From: a virus
Lineage: Duplodnaviria > Caudoviricetes
Virus record (IMG/VR): IMGVR_UViG_3300038520_001928
Span: 1-25,737 of that record
Strand: one strand, 5' to 3'
DNA: 25,737 nucleotides
The translations under genes were made by a program, and so were the position numbers. How positions within the stretch are numbered: position 1 is the stretch's first letter; every line of letters begins with the position of its first letter. The notes beneath the pieces are model-generated. The model ran no database searches and was not told the DNA's origin. It was given only the letters and a program-made list of their open reading frames with translations. This document shows, piece after piece, positions 25,598-25,737 of the stretch.

Positions 25598-25737
25598 ATG
25601 GCAGCACTCACAACCGATCAAGACGTTCAACAGGCAGTAGGTGAACTTGCGGCTGGAACAGGGGGAACTACCTCAGTTCAGCAGGTCAATCCTGTTCTTC
25701 AGAATGTACAGCCAAGTGAAATACAAGGCACGGCGGG
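25598..25737 (+). CDS. Start of a gene truncated by the window (MAALTTDQDVQQAVGELAAGTGG...), possibly an internal virion protein
   Basis: AGGA RBS, frame open to the window end, Gln/Ala/Thr-rich. Confidence 0.6.
   Translation, partial: MAALTTDQDVQQAVGELAAGTGGTTSVQQVNPVLQNVQPSEIQGTA

Larger units (their letters stand above)
1..25737 (+). mobile_element. Podophage genome segment (morphogenesis and lysis module), probably a marine HMO-2011-like alphaproteobacterial phage
   Basis: Collinear terL, portal, scaffold, capsid, lysis, adaptor, nozzle and fibre genes on one strand. No tape measure, sheath or host housekeeping genes. The family assignment is from recalled similarity of the capsid N-terminus (MAFxSAxGYGNLPxGNF). 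Confidence 0.9.

Noticed and set aside
1-25737. tRNA genes, introns/inteins or stop-codon reassignment
   Set aside because: No intergenic space or cloverleaf was seen, core genes are uninterrupted, and TAA, TAG and TGA all terminate genes under the standard code.

Overview
The whole window is the packaging, head, lysis and tail module of a tailed dsDNA podophage. All credible genes are on the + strand and tightly coupled. Gene order and the capsid, portal and scaffold sequences resemble marine HMO-2011-type phages of Alphaproteobacteria (recalled, not searched). The order is: 3' end of terL, a 719-aa protein with a tyrosine-recombinase core, small ORF, portal (overlapped by a small gene), a 767-aa probable internal virion protein with a SleB-like hydrolase domain, scaffold, major capsid, decoration protein, terminator, PKHD-type 2OG-Fe(II) oxygenase, a cluster of very basic small proteins, holin/lysozyme cassette, small ORFs, adaptor, nozzle, tail fibre, a 1580-aa LamG/SPRY protein, a chaperone-like gene and the start of another gene. 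The most unusual signals are: (1) a non-canonical tyrosine recombinase fused to a virion-protein-like tail between terL and portal; (2) two tandem hairpins with an identical CUAC/CC internal loop but different stems, just upstream of the scaffold RBS; (3) two sigma70 promoters inside the late region, each with an inverted repeat that would hide the downstream Shine-Dalgarno only on read-through transcripts; (4) apparent absence of CCWGG while CCSGG is common. All assignments come from reading motifs by eye; no searches were run.
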